This document shows positions 29,458 to 38,339 of a stretch of DNA of 64,000 nt, in pieces. Within the stretch, counting starts at the first letter, position 1. Every line of letters begins with the position of its first letter. The position numbers and the translations under genes were made by a program. This stretch comes from an uncultured Calothrix sp. (GTDB lineage Bacteria > Cyanobacteriota > Cyanobacteriia > Cyanobacteriales > Nostocaceae): NCBI GenBank assembly GCA_937973965.1, contig CALJJQ010000031.1, forward strand, positions 33,635-97,634, given 5' to 3'. The notes beneath the pieces were generated by a model. That model searched no databases. It was not told where the DNA came from and saw nothing but the letters and a program-made list of their open reading frames with translations.

Positions 29458-30681
29458 TCAAAAGCGAGTACGAATAAATTCGGTAAATTTAGCCATTAAT
29501 TCGGGATTTCGCCAGCCTTTTGCTGTTTCTGCTGCCATTATTTCCAGTGCTTCGGTTGGTTTAAATGCTTGTTTATAGGGTCTTTCACTAGTTAAAGCGT
29601 CGTAAATGTCGATGATTTGAAAGATTTGTGCTAGGTATGGAATTTCATTACCCTGGAGTTGGTCTGGATAACCCATCCCATCCCAACGTTCATGGTGATG
29701 GCGAATGATGGGAATGACACCGCGCATACTTCGTAAGGGTTTACAAATAGCCTCACCAATTAAAACGTGACCACGCATGATTTCCCATTCCGCATCGGTC
29801 AATTTACCCTGTTTGAGGAGAATTGCGTCGGGAATACCAACTTTACCAATGTCGTGCAGATATCCCCCCCAACTTAAATCCCGAATTTGAATACGGCTTA
29901 AATGTAGGTATTCGCCAAATTCCTGTCCTAGTTTGACTAATCTTTCACAGTGATCCCCGGTGTTGGGGTCGCGGCTTTCAATGGCTTTTGCAATCGAAAA
30001 TAGTACTTTTTCCGCATGGTCTAAATCCTCATTTAAACGTTTTTGCTCTACCAAGGACTTGACCCGTGCGGCTAATTCCAAACGGTCAAAGGGTTTACTG
30101 ATAAAATCGTCCGCACCTACTTCTATACCACGAATACGCGATCGCCGATCGTTTAAAGCTGTAATAAAAATAATTGGAATCAGTCGAGTTTGCTCATCTT
30201 GTTTAATCCGTTGACAAACTTCAAACCCATCCATCCCCGGCATCATAACATCCAGTAAGATTAAATCGGGCTGATTTTGAGCCACAATCTCCACTGCGGC
30301 GATACCACTATCCACCTCAATTGTCTCATAACCTTCCATCGCCAACAATGCCACCACAGTCATCCGACTCGCAGCATGATCATCGACAACGAGAATCTTG
30401 GCGGAATCCCCATCGCAATTATCCACATTTGATTTGTTTTTACCAGTGGCATTTGCTAGGGAATAGCTACTGCCCGAATTCATGAGAGAATTCACCTCAG
30501 AGGGGATTGCTTCTGTCTGCTTTAAAGCCATACTCTGCACTGATGCACCCAATGAAAACCCTTGCATCGCTCTTAATCCTACAGCATGATCTAAGTTAAT
30601 AAAACCGTGAGAATTAGCAGGTATCAGTCCTGTTAATATCTCTACTGGAAGTTTTTGTTCGTAATTGGATGGGTCAACCAC
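29458..30681 (-). CDS. response regulator with HD-GYP phosphodiesterase output domain
   Basis: REC domain (ILVVDDHAASR...DLILLDVMMPGMDG...SKPF). HD-GYP domain (YLHDIGKVGIP...HHERWDGMGYPDQL). GTG start. Confidence 0.9.
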   Translation of the reverse strand: MVDPSNYEQKLPVEILTGLIPANSHGFINLDHAVGLRAMQGFSLGASVQSMALKQTEAIPSEVNSLMNSGSSYSLANATGKNKSNVDNCDGDSAKILVVDDHAASRMTVVALLAMEGYETIEVDSGIAAVEIVAQNQPDLILLDVMMPGMDGFEVCQRIKQDEQTRLIPIIFITALNDRRSRIRGIEVGADDFISKPFDRLELAARVKSLVEQKRLNEDLDHAEKVLFSIAKAIESRDPNTGDHCERLVKLGQEFGEYLHLSRIQIRDLSWGGYLHDIGKVGIPDAILLKQGKLTDAEWEIMRGHVLIGEAICKPLRSMRGVIPIIRHHHERWDGMGYPDQLQGNEIPYLAQIFQIIDIYDALTSERPYKQAFKPTEALEIMAAETAKGWRNPELMAKFTEFIRTRF

Positions 30682-31235
30682 AAAGGTACTCCAACTTATT
30701 CCAATCAGATTTTCGGATGATTTTTTATAGTGTCTAGATTATTATTTTTGTCTGCTTTCGGTCGTAACTCTATTTTTGTAAATTAACTGGGCTTTTAGTG
30801 TTAGCAGCATTTCTTACGGTTATGATATTTATTTCTTCCCGAATAGGAGTTAGAAAGTCATGAGAAAATCATTGAACATCTTCCTTATTATTATCCTTTT
30901 TATATCAATATTCAATCAGGTTTTATACGGAGATTTCTAGGAGGTTGTTTAAAAAGTCAGATGCAGTATCATTTTCACCTGATAACTGGACTTCACTGGG
31001 ACGGTAAATCAAAGGTTTAGAATGAAACTGAGATGGTTTAATTTCGCAAGTTTCAGGTATTTTTAACCTTTAAAAGCACCCTCTAAACATAGTTATATTT
31101 GCCCAGTACATCCACTGTCAACATCCATATTTTTTGCTTTTTTCCTAGATAAAATCATTTAGTCGGTTCTACTTATGTGCTTTCCCCATCGATAGATTTA
31201 CTCACCTTTCCTCTCCCTAGTAAATAACTCTCAAA

Positions 31236-32207
31236 TTATCCACTACTCCAACGTTTACGCCAATGGGATGTTGGTTCTAAGTGGCTATTTTCTTGTTCTT
31301 GTTGCCGTCTGGAGATAATTATTTCCGGTGATGCAGATAAACTAGGGTCACGGTAGGGAACCGCAGCTTTGGTGTGTAAATGTTCAATTTCTGATTGGGA
31401 GAGATTATATTCTTCTGGGATAGGAGGGATAGCAAAATTAGGAATATCAATCATTTGTCCGTGCATATATTGATGATTTTCTTGTTGATTTTGATGGTCT
31501 TTTAGTGATACTAAATCCTGCTGAGGATATGCAGCAATTGTACCAGGTGTTTTTCTGCCAACTGGAGGCGTAGAACCAATGACTAAACCAGCATTTAATA
31601 GGGCTGTACGTACAGCAGCAGCACAGGAATATGTTGCTAACCAACCATTCTTACCTAAACATTTTGCCACCATTGCTATAAATTCAATTGTCCAAAGTTG
31701 GGGACAACGGGGTGGAGAAAAAGGGTCAAGAAAAATTGCATCGGCGGAAAATCCAGATGTAATTACCTGTTGAATGGTTTGTCGAGCATCACCTAATGAT
31801 AAAATGACATTTGCATTTGATGTTACAGATTTTTGGTCAAAAGCAACTTGCTTGATAATATTCTTTACATCTCTTGACCAATTGTCAAATAAATGATGTT
31901 GAATTGCCGCTTGAGGAACCCTTTGATCAATTTCTAAAGCAATAATTTCTACCATACAATTGGGATTTGACTGCCAAATAGTTTCTAAAGCCGCAGCAGT
32001 GTTATATCCTAGACCGTAGCAAATATCCAAAATTCGCAGACGGGTTTTGTGGGCTTGCTGGGTTAAATTTGTCGGGACAGCAAACTTGAGAAAACTTTCT
32101 TGACGCGCACCAAAGTGACTATGGAATGATTCCGCAAATTCTGGCGAAAAAAATGTAAAAGAACCATCTGCGGTCAACAGGGGTGAAAAACTCTCTGACT
32201 TGGACAT
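31236..32207 (-). CDS. mnmD: MnmD/MnmC-C-like tRNA (mnm5s2U34) methyltransferase (DUF752)
   Basis: LLTADGSFTFFSPEFAESFHSHFGARQES..., ILDICYGLGYN, and FLDPFSPPRCPQLWT are typical of the MnmC methyltransferase domain. Confidence 0.7.
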   Translation of the reverse strand: MSKSESFSPLLTADGSFTFFSPEFAESFHSHFGARQESFLKFAVPTNLTQQAHKTRLRILDICYGLGYNTAAALETIWQSNPNCMVEIIALEIDQRVPQAAIQHHLFDNWSRDVKNIIKQVAFDQKSVTSNANVILSLGDARQTIQQVITSGFSADAIFLDPFSPPRCPQLWTIEFIAMVAKCLGKNGWLATYSCAAAVRTALLNAGLVIGSTPPVGRKTPGTIAAYPQQDLVSLKDHQNQQENHQYMHGQMIDIPNFAIPPIPEEYNLSQSEIEHLHTKAAVPYRDPSLSASPEIIISRRQQEQENSHLEPTSHWRKRWSSG

Positions 32208-32320
32208 TATTATTGTAAAGAAAGAATAAAATCAGAATTAAACACTTTGATACAGTTATATTATTTAATGCTGGTTTTCAGTGGCAAAAATCTATCTAAT
32301 TGGGTTCATTGGGGATTTTT

Positions 32321-33139
32321 ATGGTTAATCACCCGGCAGTTGTGTCAGTACAATGGCTGAAGGAGAATAGGGATAATTCGTCCATTGCGATCGCAGATTG
32401 TCGTTTTTCCCTTGCTCAACCCCAGTTAGGTCGGATGGAATACGAACAAGGTCATATTCCCGGTGCTTTCTATTTAGATTTAAATGAAGATTTATCCAGT
32501 CCCGTGGAGAAACACGGAGGAAGACACCCCCTCCCCCATCCCGACACCTTTGCAGCCAAATTATCAACCCTAGGGGTCAATTCTCCCCAAATCCTAGTGA
32601 TTGCCTATGATGATTCCCGTTTAGCTTTTGCTGCTCGTTTGTGGTGGTTATTGCGCTATTTCGGACACCAACGGGTTGCTGTGTTAGATGGAGGGTTTAG
32701 CGCTTGGCAAAAAGCCGGGTATCCCATCGAAACGGAAATACCTCAATTTACTCCTGGTAAATTTATACCCCACATCCAACCGCAGATGGTAGTTGATTAT
32801 ACTTGTGTTCGAGAACATAAAGATTTAGCAGGTGTGAAATTAATCGATGCTCGGGAACGCGATCGCTACCTCGGAAAACACGAGCCAATTGATCCAGTAG
32901 CCGGACATATTCCTGGTGCGATTAATTACCCTTGGCAAACAGTTACTGATGAATCCGGTTTTCTTCGTCCTCTAGCAGAACAGCAAGCTAGATGGGAAAG
33001 TATTAGGGATGAAGAGGAAGCGATCGCCTACTGTGGTTCGGGGGTGACAGCCTGTGTAAATTTACTCTCTCTCGAATTAGCTGGTTTTCGTAATACCAAA
33101 TTGTACGCAGGTAGTTGGAGTGATTGGATTAGTTATTGA
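32321..33139 (+). CDS. rhodanese-domain sulfurtransferase (SseA/3-mercaptopyruvate type)
   Basis: Two rhodanese domains. EYEQGHIPGA, and the active-site loop YCGSGVTAC. Confidence 0.85.
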   Translation: MVNHPAVVSVQWLKENRDNSSIAIADCRFSLAQPQLGRMEYEQGHIPGAFYLDLNEDLSSPVEKHGGRHPLPHPDTFAAKLSTLGVNSPQILVIAYDDSRLAFAARLWWLLRYFGHQRVAVLDGGFSAWQKAGYPIETEIPQFTPGKFIPHIQPQMVVDYTCVREHKDLAGVKLIDARERDRYLGKHEPIDPVAGHIPGAINYPWQTVTDESGFLRPLAEQQARWESIRDEEEAIAYCGSGVTACVNLLSLELAGFRNTKLYAGSWSDWISY

Positions 33140-33176
33140 GGAGATAAGAACAGGATGCAGGAGAAACCTAATTAAC

Positions 33177-33845
33177 ACCCAATACAGTTCAGTTAGACTT
33201 AAAAGCCTGATTATTGGTTAGGTTGGGTTGAAGAATGTAGAGGTAGTAGCACTGGTGGAATGCGTCCCCACGCGGAGCATCGGGACAAGATAATCACAAA
33301 AAATGTGTGAACTGATGGGTAAATTTCCACAAAATCAACAGTCTACGCAAAGCCTCAACCCAACCTAGTATCTTAAAAGTAGTGGTAGACCGTCCCAACC
33401 AAAGTAGAAAAAACCGCGTCGTAGCAGGGGTGACCACTAAAATCTCCACGACAGAGCTCGAACAGTCGCCGGGAGCATCTTAAATAATAGCTCGTATCGT
33501 GCAAGGATGAGGGGAATCTTGGGGATGTCATCAAAAACAGGGAGTGCGATCGCCCAGAACTATGTACAAGTCAGTTATTTATGACTTGAGAAAATTATAG
33601 TTGATATATTTTCCCCTGACGCTTGAGACCGCGACTGGGGAAGATTCGGTGGCGAAGCGGAGTTCCAAGTACGGGCTACGTTGATTTGTGATGCTCACAA
33701 ATAGTTTTAATCCCCCCACTTGGTGCCACCGAATCAGCGAAGCCTTTCCCCCTGTCGCGTCATTTTATTTTTTGCGATCGCTTGACTTTTAACACAGTCG
33801 CTACCCAATAATCAGACTTTTAAGTCTAACTGAACTGTATTGGGT
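33177..33845. mobile_element. ORF-less 669-bp foldback element with 41-bp terminal inverted repeats (MITE-like)
   Basis: 33177-33217 (ACCCAATACAGTTCAGTTAGACTTAAAAGCCTGATTATTGG) is the reverse complement of 33805-33845 with 40/41 matches. No ORF of 60 aa or more lies inside on any frame. It carries nested hairpins. Confidence 0.55.
33617..33773 (+). terminator. extended ~146-nt imperfect hairpin followed by a T run, inside the foldback element
   Basis: TGACGC/GCGTCA, GCGAC/GTCGC, GGGGAA/TTCCCC, ATTCGGTGGC (33644-53)/GCCACCGAAT (33725-34), CCAAGT/ACTTGG. The apical hairpin is ATTTGTGA-TGC-TCACAAAT (33684-33702). TTTTATTTTTT follows at 33763-33773. Confidence 0.45.
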
Positions 33846-33938
33846 TACAGTGTGATTTGATACCTATAATTATAATTTTCCTACCGGGTGCCCGATATAA
33901 ATGCTAGAATCCTGAGTTGAAAATTGGGGGAACCTGAT

Positions 33939-35378
33939 ATGTCGGTTGATGTGAGTGTAATTAAGTTTGGAACTGATGGTTGGCGCGGTGTAATTGCCAA
34001 AGAGTTTACGATTGAGCGCGTGGCTTTGGTTGCACCGATTGCGGCGAAGGTTTTATCCTATACCTATGGTCAGATGGTCGGTAATCGGACTGTGATTGTC
34101 GGTTATGACCGCAGATTTATGTCTGAAGATTTTGCTAGGGTTGTCACCGATGCGGTGGTTCAGGCTGGTTTTGATGTGCTGTTAACGGAGTGTTTTGCAC
34201 CGACTCCGGCTTTTAGTTGGGCTGCGAAGACTCGTAATGCCTTGGGTGCGTTGGTGATTACAGCTAGTCATAATCCTGGTAAATATTCGGGTTTGAAGGT
34301 CAAAGGTGCTTTTGGTGGTTCGGTTCCACCAGAGGTGACGAAGGAAATTGAAGCCCTATTGACTCAGGATGTCACCGTGAATGCGGAACCTGGACAGGTC
34401 GAGATGTTTGACCCTTGGGACGGTTATTGTCAGGGTTTACAAACAAAGGTCGATATCGAAAAAATCCGCACTGCTGTTAATACAGGTAAGCTGACTGTAT
34501 TTGTGGATGCGATGCATGGTGCATCGGCTGGTGGTTTGGGCAGATTGATTGGTGATCAGGTGCGGGAGATTAATAGCGATCGCGATCCGTTGTTTGAGGG
34601 TGGCGCACCGGAACCTTTACCGAAGTATCTATCACGGTTGTTTGCAGTCATGCAAGAACATCGGACTCAAAATCCTGATAGTTTAAGTGTGGGTTTAGTA
34701 TTTGATGGAGATTGCGATCGCATTGCCGCAGTTGATGGCAATGGTAATTTTTTGAGTTCCCAGGTGTTGATTCCGATTTTAATTGACCATTTAAAGTTGC
34801 GTCGGCAATTTACTGGGGAAATTATTAAAACTGTCAGTGGTTCGGATTTAATGCCAAAGGTGGCTCAAATGCATGGTTTATCAGTGTTTGAAACTCCGGT
34901 TGGCTATAAGTATATCGCTGACCGGATGTTGGAAGTACCCGTATTATTAGGAGGAGAGGAATCTGGGGGAATTGGTTATGGGAATCATATTCCAGAACGG
35001 GATGCTCTGCTTTCGGCTTTGTATGTGTTGGAAGCGATTGTCGATTCGGGGTTAGATTTGGGTGAGTACTACCGGATGTTGCAGGAAAAAACCGGGTTTA
35101 GTTCTGCCTACGACCGCATTGATTTACCTTTGGCGAGTATGGATGTACGAGCAAAGTTATTAGCCCAATTGGAAAATCAACCATTAACGGAAATTGCGGG
35201 GAAAGCGGTAACGGATTGTCAAACCATCGATGGTTACAAGTTCCGTTTAGCTGACAACAGTTGGCTAATGATTCGTTTTAGCGGTACGGAACCAGTGTTA
35301 CGGTTATATTGTGAAGCCGCAACTTTGGATGATGTTCATGCTACCTTGAATTGGGCGAAAAATTGGGCTGAATCTTAG
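33939..35378 (+). CDS. alpha-D-phosphohexomutase family protein (phosphoglucomutase/phosphomannomutase)
   Basis: FGTDGWRG, TASHNPGKYSGLKV (active-site Ser loop), FDGDCDRIAAVD (Mg site), GGEESGG. Confidence 0.9.
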   Translation: MSVDVSVIKFGTDGWRGVIAKEFTIERVALVAPIAAKVLSYTYGQMVGNRTVIVGYDRRFMSEDFARVVTDAVVQAGFDVLLTECFAPTPAFSWAAKTRNALGALVITASHNPGKYSGLKVKGAFGGSVPPEVTKEIEALLTQDVTVNAEPGQVEMFDPWDGYCQGLQTKVDIEKIRTAVNTGKLTVFVDAMHGASAGGLGRLIGDQVREINSDRDPLFEGGAPEPLPKYLSRLFAVMQEHRTQNPDSLSVGLVFDGDCDRIAAVDGNGNFLSSQVLIPILIDHLKLRRQFTGEIIKTVSGSDLMPKVAQMHGLSVFETPVGYKYIADRMLEVPVLLGGEESGGIGYGNHIPERDALLSALYVLEAIVDSGLDLGEYYRMLQEKTGFSSAYDRIDLPLASMDVRAKLLAQLENQPLTEIAGKAVTDCQTIDGYKFRLADNSWLMIRFSGTEPVLRLYCEAATLDDVHATLNWAKNWAES

Positions 35379-35387
35379 AAATGCTGA

Positions 35388-35427
35388 CCGTTGACTGTTG
35401 ACTGGTGACTGTCAACAGTTGACAACC
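35388..35427. repeat. TTGACTG/CAACAGT heptamers arranged as a palindrome
   Basis: CCGTTGACTGTTGACTGGTGACTGTCAACAGTTGACAACC, 10 nt after the phosphohexomutase stop. Confidence 0.85.
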
Positions 35428-35575
35428 CCATGTTTTGCTTGAAAGTGAGTTGGTAGTGGGAAAAAATCACTTTCATCGGTTCTGGTATCAGCATTACCTG
35501 TAGGCTACTTCCATGAAAATCAGCTAACCTAATAAATGAGTAATAAATGAGTATTAATGAGTTGATTTATATCCC

Positions 35576-36289
35576 ATGTTTCAAACAGATCCTCCACGTT
35601 CTGCCCAGGAAGTACTTCCCACGATGTACGATTTAAAAAGTGAAGATCCGGAGGAACCTGGTCTGCCTGACGAATTTCACAATTTCCAACCCCAATTATT
35701 GCGAGAAACCTTTACTCCACCCGACTACTCCAAAGATGAGGTATTTATTGCCGCAGACTTGAATGTTTACTATGACCCAAATCATACCCAATGGTACAAG
35801 CGTCCAGATTGGTTTGCGGTTTTAGGTGTACCACGTTTATATCAGGGTCATGATTTACGGTTAAGTTATGTAATTTGGCAGGAGGGTGTCGATCCCAGTG
35901 TTGTGGTGGAGTTGATCTCTCCAGGTACAGAGAAGGAAGATTTAGGACAGAGTTTACGAGAAGTTAATCAACCCCCCACTAAGTGGGAAGTCTATGAGCG
36001 GATTTTACGTATTCCTTACTATATTGTTTTTGACCGCTACAGTGACGAACTTCAGGTATTTCAAAATATTGCCGGACGTTATCAGTCGATGACAATTACT
36101 GATAATCGGGTTTGGTTACCGGAATTAGGATTAGGGATTGGTTTGTGGTTGGGTAATTACCAGGATATTGAACGGTTGTGGTTGCGCTGGTATGATAGTT
36201 CGGGAAATTGGGTTTTGACCGCAACAGAAAAAGCTGAACGTTTCGCTGCAAAGTTAAGAGATTTGGGGATAAATCCAGAGGAAGTTTAA
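35576..36289 (+). CDS. Uma2 (DUF820) family endonuclease
   Basis: 237 aa. LPTMYDLKSEDPEEPGLPDEFHNFQP...PDWFAVLGV...VVELISPGTEKEDL... is the usual cyanobacterial Uma2 pattern. Confidence 0.85.
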   Translation: MFQTDPPRSAQEVLPTMYDLKSEDPEEPGLPDEFHNFQPQLLRETFTPPDYSKDEVFIAADLNVYYDPNHTQWYKRPDWFAVLGVPRLYQGHDLRLSYVIWQEGVDPSVVVELISPGTEKEDLGQSLREVNQPPTKWEVYERILRIPYYIVFDRYSDELQVFQNIAGRYQSMTITDNRVWLPELGLGIGLWLGNYQDIERLWLRWYDSSGNWVLTATEKAERFAAKLRDLGINPEEV

Positions 36290-36316
36290 TATCGGAATTC
36301 GATTTGATGACTTAGA

Positions 36317-36491
36317 GGATGTTTTAAAAGTCGATTTTATTAATACTTGAATTATCGTTTTTGGGAATAGGAAGAGACGCGACATTTCGTGTCTGTACTC
36401 TCGAAGGAAAAATCAGCTTTATAACCCCATGTCCAGGGTCGGGACGATAGTCCAAATATTGATAACTAATACTTGACAAACAACCTCTTAG
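36317..36491 (+). repeat. composite repeat: module E + hairpin (36373-36398) + module F
   Basis: Module E is as at 18531-18584. Module F (36399-36491) is the reverse complement of 53254-53347 with a few mismatches. Confidence 0.85.
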
Positions 36492-36530
36492 GGATTAATT
36501 TATTAATTCATTAATTAATCCCTTTCAGAT

Positions 36531-38039
36531 TTAGTAATTGAAATAAATGAAGGGGACATTTCCTTCGGGAGCAAGGATTGCAACCAGGTAGAAGCAGATG
36601 GGTACGAACAGGATTTTGACAGGCCAATTGAATTGCAGTTTAAATTGACGATTGAAAAGATAAACTAAACTCATGAGGGTTGCGATCGCCATCAACAAAA
36701 AGGTAAGTTGGGGTGGGCTAAGTTTGAGGGCTTCCACATAAACTTGTTGGATGAATTGGGGGTCAGCTTTATGGTTAAACAGACGTTGGAATACTAGTAA
36801 TGAGTCCTGGAGGTTCGGTAGACGGAACCAAATCCAAGCGGTGAATACCATCAGTTGGGTGAGTAACCAAGCAAGCAATATTCCCAAGGGTGATTGCCAA
36901 AAATGTTCCAGAACTCCTGTGCGATCGCTCAATACATCAGTAATCCGATGAATTGCTAATGCAATTCCGTGGTAAAGTCCCCAAATTACGAATCCCAGAA
37001 ATCCCCGTGGTTCCACATGCCAAATTCCAGCAATCAACATCACAATAATCAGATTAATGCAGGTGCGAGTCAGACCTTGACGGGAACCCCCCAGGGGAAA
37101 GTATAAATAGTTGCGTAACCAATCCCCTAAGGTCATGTGCCAACGCCGCCAAAATTCGGCAATACTAGTACTGAAATAGGGTGCATCAAAGTTTTGGGGT
37201 AGGTTAATCCCAAAGAGTAAGGCTCCACCCCTAGCTATATCTACGTAGCCACTAAAGTCTAAATAAAGTTGTAAACCATAGGCGAATGTACTTAACCACA
37301 GGTCGCCACTACCAACCCTTTGGATATTACCAAAGCATAAATCCACGTAGACACCAATATTATCAGCAAGTATACCTTTTTTGAGAGCGCCACGGGCAAT
37401 TAGCCAGAGTGCATCGGCAATTTGTTCCCCACCAGGAAATCGAGCGGTGTGAAGTTGATGGGCAAAGTGATGAAATCGGGTAATTGGACCAGAAGCGATT
37501 TTGACAAAAAAGATTTTATAGGCTGCAAATTTCAGCCAATTTTTAGTCGCAGGTGCGCCACGATAAACATCAACAAGGTAAGCAATGCATTCAAAAATGA
37601 AATAGGAAATACCGAGGGGAGCAATTAGTTGGAAGTTGAAGAAACTGGTATTTTCAGTATCGGTAGAAATAAATTTGAGGAAGGGTTCAAGATATTTGAA
37701 GGTGGCTAAAATCAGGAGATTTAAAATAATTCCTAGCCACATAATTTTCCATCGTCTTCGGTTCCAATCCGCTTGGGCAAATTGCCATTCAATATTAGAT
37801 ATTTGGAAATCAAAGTTATGACGACCAGGGGCAGTATTTTGTCCTAAAGCAACACCTAGCTGATAATTAATTAGGGTTAATACGGCTAAAAGGGGAAGAT
37901 ATTGGGGTTGTAGGGATGCATATAAAACTATGCTCGCCATCAGTATAATCCACAGTCGGTGAGATTCGGAATTGACTGACCAGTAGATTCCCAAAACACT
38001 TAATAAGAATATGCTGTATAGGATGGAGATGAAATTCAT
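36531..38039 (-). CDS. MBOAT family O-acyltransferase (AlgI/DltB-like)
   Basis: 502 aa, polytopic. FWRRWHMTLGDWLRNYLYFPLGGSR and the conserved His in IAGIWHV. Confidence 0.9.
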   Translation of the reverse strand: MNFISILYSIFLLSVLGIYWSVNSESHRLWIILMASIVLYASLQPQYLPLLAVLTLINYQLGVALGQNTAPGRHNFDFQISNIEWQFAQADWNRRRWKIMWLGIILNLLILATFKYLEPFLKFISTDTENTSFFNFQLIAPLGISYFIFECIAYLVDVYRGAPATKNWLKFAAYKIFFVKIASGPITRFHHFAHQLHTARFPGGEQIADALWLIARGALKKGILADNIGVYVDLCFGNIQRVGSGDLWLSTFAYGLQLYLDFSGYVDIARGGALLFGINLPQNFDAPYFSTSIAEFWRRWHMTLGDWLRNYLYFPLGGSRQGLTRTCINLIIVMLIAGIWHVEPRGFLGFVIWGLYHGIALAIHRITDVLSDRTGVLEHFWQSPLGILLAWLLTQLMVFTAWIWFRLPNLQDSLLVFQRLFNHKADPQFIQQVYVEALKLSPPQLTFLLMAIATLMSLVYLFNRQFKLQFNWPVKILFVPICFYLVAILAPEGNVPFIYFNY

Positions 38040-38040
38040 T

Positions 38041-38100
38041 CGATTTTGGATTTTAGATTTTTGATTATTCGATTTTGGATTTTAGATTTTAGATTTTGGA
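38041..38100. repeat. GATTTTG/GATTTTA heptamer array directly upstream of the MBOAT start codon
   Basis: CGATTTTGGATTTTAGATTTTTGATTATTCGATTTTGGATTTTAGATTTTAGATTTTGGA. Confidence 0.9.
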
Positions 38101-38339
38101 TTCATCAATTCAGAAATCATCAGACATCATTAATTATATCCCTTGGCTTTCTTGACCCGACTCCCGTTGTTTCATTTTCCCAGGAATCATCGGGTTATTC
38201 GATTTGGAATTTTAGATTTTAGATTTTGGATTCATCAATTCAGAAATCATCAGACATCATTAATTTTGTTCATTGGCTTTCTTGACCCGACTCCCAATTC
38301 CCGACTCCCGTTGTTTCATTTTCCAAGGAATCATCGGGT
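38067..38339. repeat. tandem duplication (130 bp + 143 bp) that includes the last ~27 codons of the 1013-aa ORF
   Basis: Unit 1 (38067-38196) and unit 2 (38197-38339) are near-identical: ATTCGATTT(T)GGA(A)TTTTAGATTTTAGATTTTGGATTCATCAATTCAGAAATCATCAGACATCATTAATT...GGCTTTCTTGACCCGACTCCCGTTGTTTCATTTTCC. Unit 2 has an extra 14 nt (two heptamers). Confidence 0.9.

Noticed and set aside
33140-33923. Known structured RNAs (RNase P RNA, tmRNA, SRP RNA, 6S RNA, group I/II intron, retron msr/msd) in the 780-bp ORF-free spacer
   Set aside because: I could not find the diagnostic conserved blocks: GGAAAGTCCGGGCTCC for RNase P, the GGGGCTG tRNA-like 5' end for tmRNA, the SRP GGAA tetraloop helix, or group II domain V. 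No reverse transcriptase gene is adjacent. It is reported instead as a foldback element of unknown nature.
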